Source: the human T2T-CHM13v2.0 reference genome, Homo sapiens. Taken from it: a stretch of DNA of 64,000 nucleotides. The DNA is taken from assembly GCF_009914755.1 (NCBI RefSeq), contig NC_060940.1; one strand, written 5' to 3'. The position numbers and the translations under genes are program-made. A model generated the notes under the pieces. The model searched no databases. It worked only from the letters and a program-made list of their open reading frames with translations, and was not told the origin of the DNA. The first letter of the stretch is position 1, and every line of letters begins with the position of its first letter. Positions 1 through 11,639 of this stretch are shown here, in pieces.

Positions 1-570
1 GGGAGACTGGAGTTTTATTATTACTCCAATCAATTCCCCTGAGCATTTGGGGATCAGAGTTTTTAAAGACAATTTGGTGGGAGGGGAGGGGCAGTGAGTT
101 GGGGAGTGCTGATTGGTTGGGTCGGAGATGAAATCATGGGGTGTCATGTTCTTCTTGCACTGAGTCAGTTCCTGAGTTGGGGGTCATAAGATCAGATGGG
201 CCAGTGTCTCTATCTGGGTGGTGCCAGTTGATCCATCAAATGCAGAGTCTGCACAACACCTCAAACAATGACCTTAGGAGCAGTTTAGGGAGGGTCAGTA
301 TCTTACAGCCTCCAGCTGCATGACTCCTAAACCATAATTTCTAATCTTGTGGCTAATGTTAGTAGTCTAATCCCCAGGCAAGAAAGAGGTTTGTTTCGGG
401 AAAGGGCTGTTATCACCTTTGTTTTAAACTATAAACTAAGCTCCTCCCAAAGTTAGTTCAGCCTATGCCCAGGAATGAACAGGGACAGTTTGGAGGTTCG
501 AGGCAAGATGGAGTCACTTAAGTTGGACTGTTTTCACTGTCTCAGTCATAATTTTGCAAAGGCGGTTTCA
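1..570 (-). mobile_element. LTR8 (ERV1) LTR, cut by window start
   Basis: Reverse complement of the right end reads TGAAACCGCCTTTGCAAAATTATGACTGAGACAGTGAAA, the LTR8 5' terminus as I recall it; similarity continues to position 1. Confidence 0.8.
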
Positions 571-574
571 ATCC

Positions 575-746
575 TATAAGACCAACATACAACAGATTCT
601 CCCTTAGAGACTCAGAAGGAACCAACCCTGGCATTACCTTGATCTCAGACTTCTAACTTCCAAAACCATGAGACAGGAAATGTCTGTTTAAGCCACTCAC
701 TTTGTGGCATTTCGGTTTTTTGTGGTAGGCCTAGGAAACTAATACA
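575..746 (+). mobile_element. MLT1 (B/C-like) MaLR LTR 3' part, probably interrupted by LTR8
   Basis: AACAGATTCTCCCTTAGAG...CCTTGATCTCAGACTTC...TTTAAGCCAC...GGAAACTAATACA terminus typical of MLT1. Confidence 0.75.
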
Positions 747-894
747 ATGGTCATTGTAGTTATTTTATATTTAGAAATTAAGAGCAATTCTGGAGGTGAG
801 AGATGGGCAGGAGTAGGGAAGAATGAAGTTCAGTGCAACAAAAGAAGCTTGTTCACTCAACTAAGACTGTAAACAATGCTGTTTTTCAAAAATA

Positions 895-1557
<663 letters not shown>

Positions 1558-2726
1558 ACATTGACTAAGCAACTCTCAGGTACCATGCCAGGATGAAAAA
1601 ATTAATTAGACACAGACCCTGCCAGTGAAGAACTAACATTATACTGTGTACCATTGGCCTTTAAAAGATAAAGATTTTTGGCCCCAGGTGTGTTCTATAT
1701 TTTCTGTAAGACCTGCAAGTAAATGTTAAATGATGTTATTTCAACCGGTTTTTCTGTAGCAAAAATCTTTAAAAGCTCTCATATTCAAAGTGGTTCTTGC
1801 AATCTTGAACTACATGTACAGATATAAAATCTGCCAATTAAAATTTTATGGTTTAGGGAAAAAATCCCCTCTGAAAAATAAACCTAGGTCAATTATTTCA
1901 TTATTTAATTCTCATTTGGAAAATAAGATGTTCAGACATTGAGTTATATTAGAAGGAAGAAAACCACTTCTGTGGGAACAGTCAAATTTATTTCATTTAC
2001 TATTAGAGAATGTTAATTTCAAGAAGCAATCTTTGAAAGCAACCAAATTTGGCAAAGACAAGTAGTCTTCCCTGAGAAATATTGGACAGCAACAGATTAT
2101 ATAAGGAAAGGACAGAGGGGAGAGACATCTCAAGTGTAGGTCTGGATGGAGGTAGAAGAGTCATGTTCTAGAGTCAGCATTGTAAAGCAAAAATTGCATG
2201 GTGTCAAAATTATCCTTGAAAGTCCCTTAAATGGCCCTTAAATTGTCTGGACCTGTGCCTTTAGAGGTTGAAAGGCCAAGAATTAATGTCTTTTGTTTCT
2301 CTGGGGCAGTGAAGGCCAAGGTCTAATTTGAAAGGGGCAAAGGACGATGGGGAAAATAAAGGATCTCTGCCTTTCTTGGTCCATCTTTTGGTCTCCTGTC
2401 CTCTCTCTAGGTGACTCTTCCTCCAGCTCTCCTCCTGCTCTTTCCCCTCAACAGTGCATATAGCTAAAGTCAAACAAGTTAAATGTGCATGTTAGGCAAC
2501 TCTAGTCCTTACAACTTAAAAACTTTAAAATGGATGCATTGGGGGCCTATTGTGTACCCTGTCCTAGGCTAGATATGGAAGAGATATAAAGCAGGGATGG
2601 GGGTGAGATGAGGAGAGGAAACAACAGACCTCACAGGAGCCAGGAAGACTGAACTGCAAACAGATGATATAAATACAGTGTAGTCAAGTCAAGGCAGTAG
2701 CTCAGGTAAACACACAATGCCACAAA

Positions 2727-2910
2727 CAGGAGTTCTCAAACCTTGGCTGCATTTTAGAATCACTTGAGCTTCCAAAAGCTTCAATGCCCAAGACACACCC
2801 CAGATGCACCCCAATTGCCAGTGACCCTGGAATCTTTGGGGAGGACCTGGTCATCAGCATGTCTTTGAGCTCCCCGGGTGAGTCCACATGCAGCCAAGGT
2901 TGAGACTGGG
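2727..2910. mobile_element. MER5A-type hAT MITE, flanked by L2-like sequence
   Basis: GTTCTCAAACCTTGGCTGCATTTTAGAATCAC ... GCAGCCAAGGTTGAGA inverted termini. Confidence 0.75.
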
Positions 2911-4505
2911 GGCTACAGCTGTGTAGAAGAGCATCTGGTGTGGGTCTGAAGGCTGGGCAGGAATTAGCTGGTAGCAGTGTGCATTCCAGGCTAGGGGAAC
3001 CCCAGTACTAAAGCTTCTTCAGCACAAAGAGGCTTGGTTTGTGCTTTGAACATAGCGTGGTTATAAATTAAAGAATAACCAAACTCCTTGAGTTGAATCA
3101 GTACACACCATAATGCATCAGCTCACATTGACATGGCAACCTCTTTTCATCTCTCTTTGTTAAGGGCCACTGGTTCTTTAAAAGCATGCGTATTAATGGA
3201 TTCTATCTGATGATGATTCACTCCATAGTTCCATCATGTATGCATCTCTAACCAGTATAAGCAAAGCATTTTCCTTTCAAGAGTCTAATCCTAGCATTGT
3301 GCCATATCCATGGCCCTCTAAGATACACACCCCATCTACAAAGGCGACATGTACTCTTAAGGTACAAAGCATTTCCTTTAGGGGAGTGATTGCCTGTGTG
3401 TCCAAGCTGATGAAGGGTGCTCTTTTAAGTTGGAGAAAATTGATTTTGTTGTGGTTGTTGCACAAAGGTTTATGTTTTCAAAGCCTCCAGATAAAAGGCA
3501 CCATGGGCAGCTAACAAGCCCCTAATAGGACTACATCAAGTTTTACTCACCTGCTGCCAGGGCTTGACTTCTGCGTCTTGACGACATGAAACCAGGCTTT
3601 GACAGCATTCATTTTTGCTGAAGGACCCTCCCCCAGCCTCCTTCCATAAATCCTATGCTCCTTTATTCCGTATTCATTCAGCACAGATGTTTTTATGGCC
3701 ATAATATATTTATACTAATTCAGAGGCTTGCCATCAGTAGATAGGCTCATCTCTCTGATCCGGAAGGCGGCAGAGGCACTCCTTCTGACATTGCAGATGA
3801 AAATAAGGTCTGCTTTTTTCCCACAGTGCTCTTCAAAGGAGCAATTTTCTAAAATTCGAACAAGGGTGTCATAGTTAATAAGATGGAATTCTCCTTTTCT
3901 TTTTCTTATTATATTTTCCAAATCAAGGGCAGTAGATTCCAGAACTCCAATGACGTCAGGCCACTGTACTTTCAAAATGCTGTTCTCAGTCAGGTTTCTT
4001 ATTATCTGATCCTGGTTCAGTAGATTGTCTCAGAATTGACTTTTTAGATTAATTTTGATTCTTAGTTAAATTACTTTTTAATAGCTAATTACCACACAGT
4101 CTATCTGATTAACGGTATTGTGATTCAGATCAAGCGGTGAGATGACTACAGGTAACAGACCCTTGCTATCATTTGGGTGTTCTCACAAGGAACAGGAGCC
4201 AGGTAGTGAACCATGTGCCTACCCTTTGGGCAGGGAATGGGTGGCTCTAAGAGATGACAGATGCTGTCATCCGGAATCAGTTCTCATCTTGGTCAATTGG
4301 ATGAGTCAGAGAGATTTTGGAAACATCTTCAGGCTAACCCAATTTACATTATAGTTATATTTTAATTGCCTTTTAAAGTCTAAATGCAGTTGATTGTGAA
4401 AACTGTGTCACATCATTTAAGGGAACTAGAGCTTTCTTTTTATGGAAACGCAAAAGGACCTAGCAGGAAAATACCACATTGCCTAAGCAGTAAAGAAATA
4501 TGTCC

Positions 4506-4858
<353 letters not shown>

Positions 4859-5250
4859 TCAGATTGTTCTAGAAAAGAGCACTAGCAGCCCCCAACCAAT
4901 GCATGCCGTGAACTCATTCCAGGTATCATGCACCTTTGATTGTTTCACTTTCCTTGGGTCAAACCTTTAGAAAGTGGGTTCCCTGTCTCAGGCACTGAGC
5001 TAGGTAAATTCAGGGGATAAGATCAGGAAGAGTCCCTTCCTGAATCCAGGTACTCCCACTCCCCCCGGACAACAAGGTCAGAGGCAATCCCTCGCCTTCA
5101 CCTCTCATCTTATTTTTAAATAAAAGTTTCTCTTTCTTTATGTTCTTCGCTTTCTCCTTCAACAAGATTGTTTCCTGCTCCCTCCCCACCCCTGCTGCCT
5201 CTCTGAATGTTGTTTCTCCTCACTGCACTGTGCTGTGCAGTGAATCCATA

Positions 5251-5729
5251 TTTCTTTTCCTTTTTTCCTTTTCACACTTGACCACGTCTTTATTCAATAA
5301 CTCTGCCCCTTCACAGCACAGGGCCCGGTGGAGGCTGCCCTTCCAGGGAGCCCAGGCTCACGTGTACTTGCCAGGGCTGGCTGTCCCTGTCCAGCAGGTC
5401 ACAGACCTCTCCTGGTCTGACACTGAGGAGTGACCAGTGCTGACTCAGAGCAGCCCATCTACGGGCGCACTGTTCAGAAAGTCGTGGAGGTAGATATACT
5501 GCTCCAGCGTTGGGGTCATAAGGCCACAGGCCGGGGACTGCTGCAGAGCCACGTTAAACAGATCCACGGTACACTCAGTCCCTGCCTGGTGCTGCAGCTG
5601 CTCCATGGCCAGGAAGGTGCCCAGCTGGGTCGCACCCTTGCTCGAGTCACTGAGCAGTGTGCCTGGCTTCTGGCTCTTGCCCTGAGAGCAGCACTGGCCC
5701 ATGGTAGCCAGGAAGGGCGGCGGGGTGGT
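5251..5729 (-). pseudogene. PTPRV: Processed 5'-truncated retrocopy of the PTPRV (OST-PTP/Esp) 3' end: inactive D2 phosphatase domain C-terminus plus 3'UTR
   Basis: ORF 5445-5702(-) MGQCCSQG..KPGTLLSDSSKGATQLGTFLAMEQLQHQAGTECTVDLFNVALQQSPACGLMTPTLEQYIYL..LNSA matches the PTPRV D2 C-terminus as recalled (PFLAAxGQCCSRG..KPGTLLSHSSK...QLGTFLAMEQLLQQAG.E.TVD.F.VAL.Q.QACGL.TPTLEQYIYLYNCLNSAL). It is uninterrupted by introns. AATAAA on - strand at 5289-5294, with a degenerate A-tail (5251-5272) 16-17 nt downstream. Confidence 0.8.
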
Positions 5730-6685
5730 CCTTGGTACCTGGAGCCATCAAATGCTGGGCTCTCTTTGGGCTTCTTCGCAGCAGCCTTCTTTCTTTACTT
5801 TACTCACTTCCTAAATAACACTGTTCTCAGGACCTTCATTACTGCATATATATTAATAATTCACAAATCTGAATTTCATCCTTTGCCTCTCATTTGGTTT
5901 CCAAATTTATTTTCACTCACAATTCCTACATAGTCAGACACCTTCAACTTCACGTTTCCATTTTGATTCTTTGTCTTGCCTTCCATGTCTTGTAGCTTAT
6001 CTATTTTTTTCTGTCTCGGTAAAAGTTCCCATTTGCCCACAGTAGAGGATTGAAAATAATCTGGCTTTTAAAAATACCCTGGGGGAAACAAAAAAAAAGA
6101 CCATTCATCAGTCTGCTGATTCTATATCTCTGAGTAACACTGTGAATTCCTGTGACTCTAGTTGAGTTAAATTTATTCCTAGCTTTTAAAAATAAAGCCA
6201 ATGAAAGACCAGAGAGATTATTACAAAGCCTGCATTCTTGTGAAGTTGCTGAATCCACAGTTTTATTTTAGTCAAATCACATTTCCATATTGCAAAAATA
6301 TTTTCTAAACAATTAATGGGTATCATATGGGGTCAGTCTTGTGGCGTTTATTCTTTTGTAACACTGAGCTAAAGTCTCTATGGGAAAGATAAATAGGTTG
6401 TTGGAGAATTAAACTGGTCAAGAAGTGAACATTGATGCCTAAACCTCTCCTCTGAAATTTTGAGCACATGTTAACATAGGCACATAAAAAAGAGCCTTAG
6501 CAGAAAGAAGAAACGATATTTCCATTGTTGGGTCACAGTGGTCACTAAAGGGGATATAACTTTAATTTCTCATTTGAACGTACATGGCATCCATTTAACC
6601 AACTCATTTACAGCATAGCCGCCTGTCAAGCATATAAAACTGTACCACATTGAGCTGGATCGGTTTTTAAATTCTAATATAATGC

Positions 6686-6991
6686 ACCTGGGCACGGTGG
6701 GTCATGTCTGTAATCCTAGCACTTTGGGAGACTGAGGCTAGTGGATCACTTGAGGCCAGGAGTTCAAGACCAGCCTGGCCAACATGGCGAAAACCCGTAT
6801 CTACTAAAAATACAAAAAATTAGCCGGGCATGGTGGTGCATACCTGTAATCTCAGCTACTCAGGAGGCTGAGGCACGAGAATTGCTTGAACCCAGGAGGC
6901 AGAGGTTGCAGTGAGCCGATATCACACCACTGCATTCCAGCCCGGGTGACAGAGCAAGACTCTGTCTCAAAAAATAAAGAGAAAAAAAAAA
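6686..6991 (+). mobile_element. AluS (Sz/Sx)
   Basis: Full dimer; degenerate TSD ...ATAATGCACC on both sides. Confidence 0.95.
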
Positions 6992-7084
6992 TTGTTACAT
7001 AATGCACCCTCGCACATGCTGTTGGATGTACCATGATTCAAACTATGAATTCTGTAGGAAAGCTACATTTTAAACATGTTTGGG

Positions 7085-7262
7085 TGAAAATGATGTGTCA
7101 GTGTAGGTTCAATGACTGTATCAAATGTACCACTCTGGTGGGGGTCATTGGTAATGAGGGAGGCTACATGTGGAGGCAGGAGGTATATGAGAAATCTCTG
7201 TAGCTGACTTTCAATTTTATTATAAACCTGAAACTGCTCTTAAAAAAACCGTAAAAAAATAA
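7085..7262 (+). mobile_element. L1MC-type 3' end
   Basis: TGTCAGTGTAGGTTCA...CAAATGTACCACTCTGGTGGGGG...AAATCTCTGTA...CCTGAAACTGCTCTTAAAAAA. Confidence 0.75.
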
Positions 7263-7682
7263 GTTTGATGAACTTGGTTTTCAAGCAGGTAGCAATTAAG
7301 ACTGTGGTTGTCATAGAGACAGACCTATGGCAATGGAGATGAAGGGTGGGAGCTTGGCTTTATCAGAATGGCAATTCTGCATTTTTGTGAATGTCAGCAA
7401 ATGAATTTGACCCATGACGTATGGACGTAGATCAAAGGGCACATTTAGCATACTGTCAATGTGGTGCTCGTGTGGCCTTCCAAAAGGCCAGTTCCACAGT
7501 GATAACCACCACTAATAATCCTACAAACCTCTCCAGCTGCTTTCAGTGACATGACTTCTGATCTGGAGGGAAAGAAAAGAGGGGTGATATTTTATAAATA
7601 TCAATTTTCAAAAATCTCTGATCTGTTGGTATTAACTGATGAGCTCAGAGATGCTCGGAAACCTCCTGCCTGCACAACAACT

Positions 7683-7696
7683 GTAACCATGGCAAC
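7683..7696. promoter_or_regulatory. RFX X-box motif
   Basis: GTAACCATGGCAAC fits the RFX palindrome GTNRCCATGGYAAC; lies in repeat-free DNA. Confidence 0.5.
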
Positions 7697-8156
7697 CTGC
7701 ATTTTTAAAGGATGTTAAAGATGTTTTTAAACATCAGGTGAGAAAAACAGTTTCCACACAAGTGTTTGTCTGGGATGTTATGTCTAATTCCTCCAGTACA
7801 CATTTTTCCGTTACTGGGACTTGATACAATGCTGGAAGCTTTCCTGTTAGGGCAGAAATTGGGCAACCCAAGACAGTCACAGATCTTGAGATCGCTGCCA
7901 TTGCTATGAAAATGAGGCATTCTTATTGCATCTAGACTGAGCATCAGCATGCCTGGTGTTCTTATACGTCATACATGAAAGAGATTGGCAACCCTTCCTG
8001 AAAGCTTTGAATTTTTGATATCATTTGTTCCACGTGATTTTCTAAGGCTATATTGGACCACTATACATTCTAGAACAAATTAATTAAAGCCTCCAGTTTC
8101 CAGGGAGATATACTAATATCTCAATAAAGTGCTGGATTTGAGTAAAAGACAGAGAA

Positions 8157-8191
8157 TCATGTCTGTAATCCTAGCACTTTGGGAGGCTAAG
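8157..8191 (+). mobile_element. Isolated ~35-bp Alu left-arm fragment
   Basis: TCATGTCTGTAATCCTAGCACTTTGGGAGGCTAAG; no tail, no evident TSD. Confidence 0.8.
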
Positions 8192-9229
8192 TTCAATGTA
8201 GTATTCAGAATTTGAATATTGAGCTTCTATATTAAAGAAATCATCAAATAAATAAATAAGGGTCTATCAGTTTTCTGAAGATTCAGATTTTTGTTGTTTT
8301 TAAATGAGTAATTCTAATTGTATTTTAAATGAGTATAGGGAGGGTCCATTTTAAGGAGTCAGAATGTAATCAAAGATGCCTATTACTATTATATTTTCAG
8401 ATAGAAACAGATAAAGTTCAAGCAGTGCAAATACTAAATAAGCAAATTAAGCATTATGTCTTTTTTTTATGGTCTGCCACTCATCCACAACCACCAGCAT
8501 TTGTCTTGACAAACCACCAACATTTCCCTCCCCCGCCTTGACTGTGCATGGATTTGCATATTTATAGAGTTAAAGAATCACCCACCATGGTTCTCTTTCT
8601 TATCCACATTCTTGTCTTACCCATCCGTCTCTGTCACTCTCCTGATATACCTCTTCCCTACTAATTACATTAATCAACAACAAACAACAACTCTAAAAGA
8701 TTCCCCGAGATGAGAGTTTCAGAAGCCTGAGACGCTATGTCAAACAACCCACCGTAGTTATTCAGGGACACTGCAACTCAAAATGAGGTAGCCATCGATC
8801 CAGAGAACAAATGATCATTATTCATGTAACTCTCTTCTTTGCTTAAGAATCCATCTTTTTCTATCAGTGCCAAATTCTCTCACTACTTTCCTGGTTCTAA
8901 TTCAGAAGTAAGTAAAGTCAGCTAGTCCCTTTGTTTGGGGGTTAGGCCCATTTTATAAAGAATTAAAGGAAAATAGGTTAAACATGAACTGCTTCTCAGA
9001 CGTGGCATTTACATGCCTGGTGCTTCCTTAGCTCATCATATAACCAAGTACTGGAATCTGTTTTACAGATAATAAGAAACATTCACGTGTTCCATCTTTT
9101 ACATATGTGAGGACCAGGCACTGACTAGAAAATTTTCATCACCATTGTCCTCATCATCACCATCATTAGCATCTTGTCGTCATCATTGTCACGATGACAA
9201 AGATGCTTTCATGATGATGAAAGCATCAT

Positions 9230-9415
9230 CATGCTTTATTTACGTGATATCATTGAATCCTTCCAACAAGATACCAGACCATTTTATTGTAGACATTTTA
9301 CAGATATTTACACTGAAGTTCAGAGTTGTTGAGTGGTTTACCCAAGAATACGTAGCAAGTAAATGATAGAGCTGAAAATTCAATCTGTCTTTCTCTAGTG
9401 CTAAGCCTTAGTTTC
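9230..9415 (-). mobile_element. MIR with adjacent degenerate (CAT)n (9135-9232)
   Basis: TCATTGAATCCT...ATTTTACAGAT...ACTGAAGTTCAGAG...CCCAAG core. Confidence 0.65.
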
Positions 9416-9509
9416 CCTACCAAGTTTTAAAGGTTGAACAAAGCAAGGTGTTGAAAGAGCACCCTGAGTCTGACAGTCAGAGGGGAATCAGGGCAGGAAG
9501 TATCTACTG

Positions 9510-9730
9510 AAGAGGTCCTCAAATTTCAGGTTGCCTAAACAGTTACTGAATGAGCTTGTCAAAATGCATAAAGAAGGCCCTACACCACTACCACTACCAC
9601 CACCCTCTGACACACATACACACAGATTGTGATTCAATAGGCCTGAGATTAGTCCAAAATCTGTATTTGTGGCAAACTCCCCAGGTGATTTCAACAGAGA
9701 CAGTCTGTAGGCCACCCTTGGAGAAATGGT
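9510..9730. mobile_element. MER5A/B-type MITE
   Basis: CTCAAATTTCAG...GAGCTTGTCAAAATGCA...GATTCAATAGGCCTG...CTCCCCAGGTGATT...GAGAAA. Confidence 0.6.
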
Positions 9731-9817
9731 GTTATAGCTGGATTGGGGACTGTTGAGATGCCTAAATCCCCAACTTGTAGAGCTAGCTTGGGCTGCTCCC
9801 AAGTCTAGCACACTCAT

Positions 9818-10178
9818 TGATATGGTTTGGCTGTGTCCCCACGTAAATCTCATCTTGAATTGTAACCCCCACAATTCCCATGTGTCGTAGGAGGAACCTG
9901 GTGGGAGGTGATTGAATCATTGAGGCAGGTCTTTCCCATGCTGTTCTTGTGATAGTGAATAAGCCTCACAAGATCTGATGGTTATATAAAAATGAGAATT
10001 TCCCTGCACAAGTTCTCTTCTCTTATCTGCCACCATGTGAGACATGCCATTCACCTTCCACCATGATTGTGAGGCTTCCCCAGCCACATGGAACTGTAAG
10101 TCCAATAAACCTTTATTTTTGTAAATTGCCCAATCTCGAGTATGTCTTTATCAGTAGTGCAAAAAATGGACTAATACA
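9818..10178 (+). mobile_element. THE1B solo LTR
   Basis: TGATATGGTTTGGCTGTGTCCCCAC...GGACTAATACA, 361 bp; TSD CTCAT/CTCAC. Confidence 0.92.
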
Positions 10179-10409
10179 CTCACCTATGTAGGGAAACCTC
10201 TTTGTTCCCTACATAGGTTCTCTGCATTGGTTCAGAGTCCATCTCTTCCACTGGGATGTCCATCTTGTGGTCAAAACCTGCACCCCAGGTAACATAAAAT
10301 AAAAATAACAATGGCTATAATTGTGAACCGCCCGCTAACCTCCTCTTGTAGTGCTCCAGGCCAGACGCTCATCACCTTGTTTTGTTGTCTTTGCCATCAG
10401 CATTATAGT

Positions 10410-10783
10410 AGAGCCATTGGCACTCACCCATGTCCAGCCCCGTTCCTCCTGGGCACACAGAAATTTCCGACTCTGTTTTCTATTGCCTTTGCAGTCAGAT
10501 GGAACCATATGACTAGTGCTAGCCAAAGTGTGTCATCTCCACTCTCTTTCTTTCCTTGGTACCATGGATGTGTTTGATATGGTGCCAGCTGCAAAGTAGT
10601 GGAGGCTTCTTCAGTGTGGGTTCTTGAGCTGTCATATAGCATAAAGCCGCCACCCACCATTCTGAATTCACAGCATGAGCAAGAGATAAACAAACCTTTG
10701 TTGAGTTAAGGCTCTGGGATTTTGTTTTATTTTGTTCAGTTTTTAATTTCTGTACCATATCCTAACCCATCCTAACCAATAAA
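10410..10783 (+). mobile_element. Old MLT1 (I/J-like) LTR
   Basis: TTCCTCCTGGGCACAC...CCATATGACTAG..GCCAA...CATGAGCAAGAGATAAAC..TTTGTTG.GTTAAG...CATCCTAACCAATA. Confidence 0.6.
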
Positions 10784-11182
10784 ACCTCGTCGCTGTCAAC
10801 ATCATCATCATCATCGCAATAATAAAATGTATTAATTATGAACATAAAACCTTACCGTGTGCTGAACATTAGACTAAGCATTTTGCAAACATTATCTAAT
10901 TTAATAATCACACCAACACTATAAAAAAGACATAGTTGTTATCTGTGTCTTACCCAGCTGGTAACTGATCGGGAAAAAAATGAAAACCCAGCAGCCTGAC
11001 TCCAAAGCCCGTGTGCTTATCCAAACACTACAGCGTAGGTTGCTTAGTGCCAGCTTCAGTGGTTAGTTCTTTACATGCTTATCATAGGTAATCCTCTGTC
11101 AACCTGTAGAAGTAGGCATGATTAACTTAATTTTCCATTGTGAACACTGAAGGTTGGACAGATTCAATGTCTGGTCTGAGGC

Positions 11183-11258
11183 CACACATCACACACCACA
11201 CACTACATACCACACATCACACACCACACATCACATACCACACACCACACACCACACA
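11183..11258 (+). repeat. (CACAC/CACAT)n low-complexity repeat inside a MIR
   Basis: CACACATCACACACCACACACTACATACCACACATCAC... visible tandem units. Confidence 0.8.
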
Positions 11259-11378
11259 TGGTGGAGTTAGGTCACAATCCACGTCCCTCTGACTCTTGAA
11301 GGAAGCATCATTTATTGAAAAACTAGAGTGTCTAAGCAGGTGATTTTGATTCCTTCAAGTCTGTTTCAGAAATGTCTA

Positions 11379-11639
<261 letters not shown>

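Noticed and set aside
5765-5795. KKAAAKKPK (- strand) resembling a histone H1 tail
   Set aside because: Nine low-complexity residues with no further similarity; insufficient.
5430-5933. Longest ORF (167 aa, + strand)
   Set aside because: Non-ATG (GTG) start; antisense shadow of the GC-rich PTPRV retrocopy running into AT-rich flank; no recognisable domain.
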